IMG/VR virus record: IMGVR_UViG_3300031418_000012
DNA from: an uncultured virus (IMG/VR IMGVR_UViG_3300031418_000012)
Lineage: Duplodnaviria > Heunggongvirae > Uroviricota > Caudoviricetes
DNA length: 20,000 bases
Strand: one strand, 5' to 3'
Position numbers and translations under genes: made by a program
The notes under the pieces: model-generated
What the model was told of the DNA's origin: nothing
The model's input: the letters and a program-made list of their open reading frames with translations, nothing else
Databases searched by the model: none
Shown: positions 15,113 through 20,000 of the stretch, in pieces
How positions within the stretch are numbered: position 1 is the stretch's first letter
Layout: each line of letters opens with the position of its first letter

Positions 15113-16378
15113 TTAATCCTCTGACTTTAGTAGATACTGGTTGTTGATAACTTTAAAGTGAATAGTTTGTCCATTAACTTTAACAGTACTTTTATATACA
15201 TCACCTTCTGCGATTGGATGAGTAATACTTGCATGTTCAGCAGAAGCTAGTGCTTCTTTAATAGAACCATAAACTTCAAAGAACTTGATAATATCACCCT
15301 GTGGAACAATCTGGACACCAAGTAGTGCAGTAATTTCCAAGAAATCAGCATCATCTAGGAAGTTCTGATTATCTACATCCCAAATACGGAAACAATAGAA
15401 CTGATGTTCAGTTAATTGTTCACGGTTGCCCTGAATACCCGGACCCATACATTCACCCTGCAATGCAAGCTGGCGATCATGTTTCTCACAGTACTCTTTT
15501 AGACGTGCTGGAATATCATCTTTAATAGCTGCTTTCCAGAATGCAGTACTTTCATCAAATTTCAATGCAAGATTACGAGAACAAACTACTACCTGAGAAT
15601 CCTGCCACTGGAAAGGATAAGGTTTAGTTTCAATTACTTTAAGTTCCTGTAGTTCTTCATCCCATTCAACTACTTCATCATCCACTTTCTCAACAAAGAA
15701 ATCTGGATTGTTAAAGTACGCAATTGTCTGACTAGAGCCATCAAGCTTTAGTGACTTACGGAATGGAACATCAGTCATAGTCTGGCTGAATTTACCAAAT
15801 ACGTTCTGAATACGATCTTCATCAGTTTTCGGTACTACAATTGGGAAGTTACCAGCAACTTTAGCTTTACCAGCTCCAGTTCCACCATTACGTTCGTCTG
15901 GACGTTCGTACTTGGTAACGTTTAAGTACTGCTCAATACCGTGACGATTTTCTTCAAGATCACGAAGAATATCTTTTGCATTACCCATAATAGTTTCAGC
16001 ACTTGGCTGGCAGCAATACATTACATTATTATTAATACGATAGAAGAAATCTGCAAATGCAATTACTGGTAGTGCAAGACCCTGAGAAAGTTGTTTACGT
16101 AATTTGATTGATTTCAGACGAATACGGTCAACACCATGTTCATCAGTTTTTACGCCGCTTTTTGCAAGGAAAGAGAAGCGTGGATCTTGTGCCGGAAGAT
16201 ATGAATCAATCTCGAAGAACACACAGTAATCACCAACTTTAAATTCATCTTTCTTTACAACTACCTGCCAACCATCAATGATTGCAAGTACAATTAGATC
16301 TGCACCTTCAATTGGCTGAATATCATTAATTTTACGAACAGTTACCAGTTTACGACCTTCAATTACTAGCTGACTCAT
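15113..16378 (-). CDS. ATP-dependent RNA ligase, DRB0094/Rnl5 family
   Basis: N-terminal OB-like RKLVTVRKI..IQPIEGAD..GWQVVV..FFEIDS..LRKQLSQGL; PKTDEDRIQN; motif I KLDGSS; QGECMGPGIQGN; FRIWD; EGDVYK; FKVINNQYLL. Confidence 0.92.
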   Translation of the reverse strand: MSQLVIEGRKLVTVRKINDIQPIEGADLIVLAIIDGWQVVVKKDEFKVGDYCVFFEIDSYLPAQDPRFSFLAKSGVKTDEHGVDRIRLKSIKLRKQLSQGLALPVIAFADFFYRINNNVMYCCQPSAETIMGNAKDILRDLEENRHGIEQYLNVTKYERPDERNGGTGAGKAKVAGNFPIVVPKTDEDRIQNVFGKFSQTMTDVPFRKSLKLDGSSQTIAYFNNPDFFVEKVDDEVVEWDEELQELKVIETKPYPFQWQDSQVVVCSRNLALKFDESTAFWKAAIKDDIPARLKEYCEKHDRQLALQGECMGPGIQGNREQLTEHQFYCFRIWDVDNQNFLDDADFLEITALLGVQIVPQGDIIKFFEVYGSIKEALASAEHASITHPIAEGDVYKSTVKVNGQTIHFKVINNQYLLKSED

Positions 16379-16396
16379 TTTATTCTCTTTTTAAAT

Positions 16397-16726
16397 TTAG
16401 TTTTGTGGAACTCGACGGTTCCACTTCTGCATGACTTCTTCCATTGATTCACCGACCAATGAAGCACCACATCCAAACTCACTTTCCAGACAATTAAATG
16501 TCCAGTACATTCCACGTTCAGTAATATCTTTTTCCAAAACAAGTTGTGTTGGAGAATGATGTGAATGTTTAATATCTAAATCTTCCCCAAAGCAATGTAT
16601 ATCTAATGAAGGGGATTTGTACCATTGCATTCCAGTAGGATGTAAACTGTCATGTAAATTATAATGTCCAGGTTGATTACCACAAAATGGACACGGTTTT
16701 ATTTCACCTTTATATGGATGTTCCAT
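16397..16726 (-). CDS. Lar (restriction alleviation)-like zinc-finger protein
   Basis: IKPCPFCG ... CLESEFGCGA ... EEVMQKWNRR. Confidence 0.7.
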   Translation of the reverse strand: MEHPYKGEIKPCPFCGNQPGHYNLHDSLHPTGMQWYKSPSLDIHCFGEDLDIKHSHHSPTQLVLEKDITERGMYWTFNCLESEFGCGASLVGESMEEVMQKWNRRVPQN

Positions 16727-16745
16727 ATTACAGTTTTCCTTCTAA

Positions 16746-17078
16746 TTAATCTTTATAACTCTTAAGAGGAATGTCAGAAAGTTCTTTTTGTAGATTATAT
16801 TTCTCGTTAAACTGTTCAATGTTACGATATACACGAGAACCAATATAAGCATTTTTAATACGAGAACGTTTTACCTTAGAAGTGTAAGTAATCGGTACAT
16901 TAACCACTTTACTAAACTCATTATGGCGATAAGCGTTATCTACATCTTCGTTTTTGATATACTTATGACCTTGTTTGAATAATTGAATTGTATTACCCAA
17001 TGTAATCATATAATAAATTTTATTATTCAAACGTTCTGTATATTTTTGTTTATTCTTCTGAATTATCTTGCGTTTCAT
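16746..17078 (-). CDS. Hypothetical basic protein
   Basis: 110-aa Lys/Arg-rich ORF in operon context. Confidence 0.6.
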   Translation of the reverse strand: MKRKIIQKNKQKYTERLNNKIYYMITLGNTIQLFKQGHKYIKNEDVDNAYRHNEFSKVVNVPITYTSKVKRSRIKNAYIGSRVYRNIEQFNEKYNLQKELSDIPLKSYKD

Positions 17079-17217
17079 TTGAACCTTTTAACTTCTTGTG
17101 AAGTTCTGAAGAATTCGAAAAGTTTTTATCTTTTTCGAATGCGGTTTTATTTTCTTTATATTCTTCAGCAAAAGACTTTAGAATTTTCTTTGCACGTTTC
17201 TGAAAGTTACTAGGCAT
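17050..17217 (-). CDS. Small hypothetical protein (55 aa, below cutoff)
   Basis: MPSNFQKRAKKILKSFAEEYKENKTAFEKDKNFSNSSELHKKLKGSNETQDNSEE; start overlaps the upstream stop. Confidence 0.5.
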   Translation of the reverse strand: MPSNFQKRAKKILKSFAEEYKENKTAFEKDKNFSNSSELHKKLKGSNETQDNSEE

Positions 17218-17338
17218 CGTAAATTACCAATGCACCAATAATTAACCAGAATCCCCAATAATCTAAATCTAGTGCAAAACCATATGCACCAACACCACAT
17301 AGTGCTGCACCAGCTAAAACCTTAGCTACTTTACCCAT
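17210..17338 (-). CDS. Small membrane protein (42 aa, below cutoff)
   Basis: MGKVAKVLAGAALCGVGAYGFALDLDYWGFWLIIGALVIYDA; two hydrophobic segments. Confidence 0.7.
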   Translation of the reverse strand: MGKVAKVLAGAALCGVGAYGFALDLDYWGFWLIIGALVIYDA

Positions 17339-17343
17339 ATTTT

Positions 17344-17874
17344 TTATTTTCCGTGTAAAGGGTTAGTACTCTGAAAGTAAATGCTATCATTACTGGTTTC
17401 GATTGTAAAGCTCTTTTGGCATAATTTTTTAGCCAAAATAAATGCAAATTCCTGAGCTTCAGCTAAAAGTACTGCGTCAGTTTTAGGGAAACGTGGATAA
17501 CAAATTACACGTGCAGTAATGCCCGATTCTTTCCCACCAGTATAAACATACTCACATGGTGTAATCTGGAAACATGCACCTTTGGTGTAAGTATATTCAC
17601 GTGCACACTGAACCGCAGTATCAAAATCACCAGCCATATGAATAGTTACATATGAAGTTCTTACCGATGCAATCTGTACAAACTCTGCAAGTTCTTTAGG
17701 GAATGGTTCTGAAGCATAAAGTTCCTGAACCCAATTACTGATACGGTCAATATCCATCTCAGTATAGTTATTGTGTAGACGATTGAAAACTTCACGACTT
17801 TTCTCAAGCCATTCATTTTCAGTTTTACAACTATCATAGATAGCTTTTAATTCATGACGAATTTGACTAAGCAT
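17344..17874 (-). CDS. Hypothetical protein
   Basis: 176 aa; helical N-part plus alpha/beta C-part (YVYTGGKESG, YPRFP); function not recognised. Confidence 0.75.
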   Translation of the reverse strand: MLSQIRHELKAIYDSCKTENEWLEKSREVFNRLHNNYTEMDIDRISNWVQELYASEPFPKELAEFVQIASVRTSYVTIHMAGDFDTAVQCAREYTYTKGACFQITPCEYVYTGGKESGITARVICYPRFPKTDAVLLAEAQEFAFILAKKLCQKSFTIETSNDSIYFQSTNPLHGK

Positions 17875-18499
17875 TAGGAGATACCACCTTAATTGTTGAG
17901 TTTTTCATACGAAGTACTGGATCGAAGAAAGTTTCTTCTAAATGTACTAAACGCATGAATGTATATAAACTTAATGTTCCATTGGAAATACTGAAAACAC
18001 AGTGTGGATTGTCCTCAGAACGATACAAGTTACCGTATGAATAGTACTTATTACCAATCCAAACTTGGTCACCATTAGAGAAATCCATAGTTAGTCCAGA
18101 TAACTTTACATCCATATCCCCAGCTTCAGCGGCTAGAATCATACGCATTACATAACGATCAGAACGTTCAACAATACGCTTTTCTGCCATATCACTTTTA
18201 TATGTTTTATAAGCTTCTGGATATAACTTACATAAATGTTTCAGGTACTGTTCATCCGTCATAACTACGGTGTTAACTTTATCCTCAGTACTTTGAACAT
18301 CAAAAGTATCGTTTGGAGAAAGTGTAGGTGGTAATGATGATTCATTTGATACAAATTCACGGACAGATTCATTAGCCATTAATGGAATTTGTTCACGTTT
18401 TACTTTTTTCGTCTTTACTGCTTTATAAATTAATACTGGAGCAGTACCCGCAAATGCATGAGATGCAACTAAACCAAGTGCTAACCAAATATCGATCAT
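17867..18499 (-). CDS. Hypothetical protein with N-terminal membrane anchor
   Basis: Hydrophobic first ~25 aa followed by a basic stretch; ATGA overlap with the upstream gene. Confidence 0.75.
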   Translation of the reverse strand: MIDIWLALGLVASHAFAGTAPVLIYKAVKTKKVKREQIPLMANESVREFVSNESSLPPTLSPNDTFDVQSTEDKVNTVVMTDEQYLKHLCKLYPEAYKTYKSDMAEKRIVERSDRYVMRMILAAEAGDMDVKLSGLTMDFSNGDQVWIGNKYYSYGNLYRSEDNPHCVFSISNGTLSLYTFMRLVHLEETFFDPVLRMKNSTIKVVSPNA

Positions 18500-18987
18500 G
18501 ATAAATGTACTTCCTCATTCTTACGTTTATGAAACCAACTAGGTCGTTTTTTAGAAATTGGTTCTTCGCGTAGAACGTTGACCAATGTCTGTAGTGCATT
18601 GAAAGCTTCGTTGTTTATTACACCGCGATTACCAGTAGAAGAACGCATTAATAAATGCTTCCCTTTTGGTTCATCACTTGTCCAGCCATATACACTACAT
18701 TCAGGGTCTTCGATACTTACGTAAATACGACTTTCTGCAAAAGACACCCCTGGTAAATTAGCAGGAACCATTTTAGTAAAAAGTAAATTATCACCATAAC
18801 GACTAAACTGTACTGTCATTTCACCACTATTATAACGGTCAATGATTCGTAGTAATCGCTGGCTTTCTGTATTGTCGAATGTTAAAAATTCAAATCGGCG
18901 TCTAAAATTGTTTCCAAATTTACCATTTAGTCCAGCACTACCAATAAACCAGATTAAAGATATAATTGAACAGATAATAAGTAGCAT
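18496..18987 (-). CDS. Hypothetical protein with N-terminal membrane anchor
   Basis: MLLIICSIISLIWFIGSAGL; SD GAGGA. Confidence 0.75.
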   Translation of the reverse strand: MLLIICSIISLIWFIGSAGLNGKFGNNFRRRFEFLTFDNTESQRLLRIIDRYNSGEMTVQFSRYGDNLLFTKMVPANLPGVSFAESRIYVSIEDPECSVYGWTSDEPKGKHLLMRSSTGNRGVINNEAFNALQTLVNVLREEPISKKRPSWFHKRKNEEVHLS

Positions 18988-19018
18988 TTTCTTTCCTCAA
19001 GAATATGTTATAGGCCGA

Positions 19019-19049
19019 ATTGTATCAGCCTATGTTTCTAGTGTCAAGC
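19019..19049 (-). promoter_or_regulatory. Sigma70-type promoter, class A
   Basis: GC-TTGACA-N17-TACAAT with TG extension (CTGATACAAT); the -35 overlaps the tk stop codon. Confidence 0.8.
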
Positions 19050-19619
19050 TTTATTTTTCAAAAAGTTACGGTAACAATGACGGCACATGCTTTGATACAT
19101 ATCATTACCACCAATCACTACCTGTTCAGTACTGTCAATTAAACGAGCATTGAATATGGCTTTTTTCCCGCAAGCACAAATATTCTTTAATTCTTCGGTA
19201 CTGTCAGCAATCTCAAATAGACGCTTGGAACCACTGAATAAATTCGATTCAAAATCAGTTTTAATTCCGTAACAGAAAACCGGAATGTCACAATCATCCA
19301 CTATTTCACCCAAAATGTCAATCTGTTCAGTACTTAAAAACTGACACTCATCAACAAATAATGCTTTAATACTCCAAGTTTTGCACATAGCATGTACATT
19401 CTTAAGTAGTTCAAGATCATCTTTTGGGATGATAGTTGCTTCAGATTCAATGCCTATCCTGGATGTTACTTTACCAGTACCATATCTGTCATCGAGTGCA
19501 GATGTTAAAACCACTATTTCGTAACCACGTTCCCTGTAGTTAAATGCTTGTTGTAATAAGTTGGTACTCTTACCACAACTCATAGCACCGTAATAATAAA
19601 AAAGTCCTTTTTCTTCCAT
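19044..19619 (-). CDS. tk: Thymidine kinase (type II)
   Basis: GAMSCGKST, SRIG, VDECQF, YGIKTDF..LFSGS, Zn ligands CACG and CRHC. Confidence 0.96.
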   Translation of the reverse strand: MEEKGLFYYYGAMSCGKSTNLLQQAFNYRERGYEIVVLTSALDDRYGTGKVTSRIGIESEATIIPKDDLELLKNVHAMCKTWSIKALFVDECQFLSTEQIDILGEIVDDCDIPVFCYGIKTDFESNLFSGSKRLFEIADSTEELKNICACGKKAIFNARLIDSTEQVVIGGNDMYQSMCRHCYRNFLKNKA

Positions 19620-19906
19620 TAGTGTTCCAGTTGAATAATCTCGTCGATATGTTCTAGTACGTATGCTGTCATATCTTCTGGTTCAGTCTCGCATACAAGA
19701 CATGCTACTTCTGACATTACCCATTCACCCATATCATAATGTTGGTAGATCATGATAAAGTTTTTATCAGGGTATCCATCCCATGAACTGTATGATGGAT
19801 GTACATTCAAATCAATAAATTCCAGTTCACACGCTCTTGATTTAATAAAGTCTTCCAACTCTATTTCAACATCAATTGTTGTTACTTTCTGTATTGTTAT
19901 TTTCAC
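19619..19906 (-). CDS. Hypothetical acidic protein
   Basis: 95 aa, GTG start with SD AAGGA; TAATG coupling to tk. Confidence 0.7.
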   Translation of the reverse strand: MKITIQKVTTIDVEIELEDFIKSRACELEFIDLNVHPSYSSWDGYPDKNFIMIYQHYDMGEWVMSEVACLVCETEPEDMTAYVLEHIDEIIQLEH

Positions 19907-20000
19907 TACGTTTCCTTACTTTATAATGCGGAATTCGAACCTGACGATTCATATCGTCCAAATTTAACTGAATATAAAATGGGTCATCCAATAAAGTTAC
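19872..20000 (-). CDS. Possible 3' end of an upstream gene (truncated)
   Basis: Frame open from the window edge (VTLLDDPFYIQLNLDDMNRQVRIPHYKVRKRS...) to TGA at 19872. Confidence 0.35.
   Translation of the reverse strand, partial: VTLLDDPFYIQLNLDDMNRQVRIPHYKVRKRSENNNTESNNN

Noticed and set aside
19930..19952. GGTTCGAATTCC on the minus strand, resembling a tRNA/Y-RNA T-loop
   Set aside because: Flanks do not form a 5-bp T stem or acceptor stem, and it lies in an open reading frame.
358..19967. All plus-strand ORFs in the track (e.g. 2248..2649, 13659..14009, 18842..19153)
   Set aside because: Antisense shadows of well-supported minus-strand genes; no recognisable motifs.
1..20000. CRISPR arrays, tRNA genes, introns/inteins, homing endonucleases, stop-codon recoding
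   Set aside because: No repeat-spacer pattern, cloverleaf or interrupted gene seen; genes are full length in the standard code.

Overview
AT-rich segment of a large T4-related (probably jumbo, RAK2/GAP32-like; inferred from gene content) myophage genome. All credible genes are on the minus strand. Left part (1-5728): two tandem tail-tube paralogs (one truncated by the window edge and missing from the ORF track), an 885-aa tail sheath, dNMP kinase and a gp13-like neck protein. Each structural gene is preceded by a TAAATA late-promoter motif, in at least two cases inside an RBS-occluding hairpin. Right part: an accessory region rich in RNA/tRNA maintenance and candidate counter-defence genes (degenerate Pth2-like, Sm-like, macrodomain, YqeY, glutaredoxin, Nudix, HD-less CCA enzyme, 2H phosphoesterase, TROVE/vWA Ro-like protein, Rnl5-type RNA ligase, Lar-like protein), plus a TM-LysM-lysozyme with a structured leader and thymidine kinase. 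Main leads: a putative RNA/tRNA repair system, three promoter classes, and strong over-representation of the palindrome AGTACT. All product calls come from motif recognition by eye; no database searches were run.
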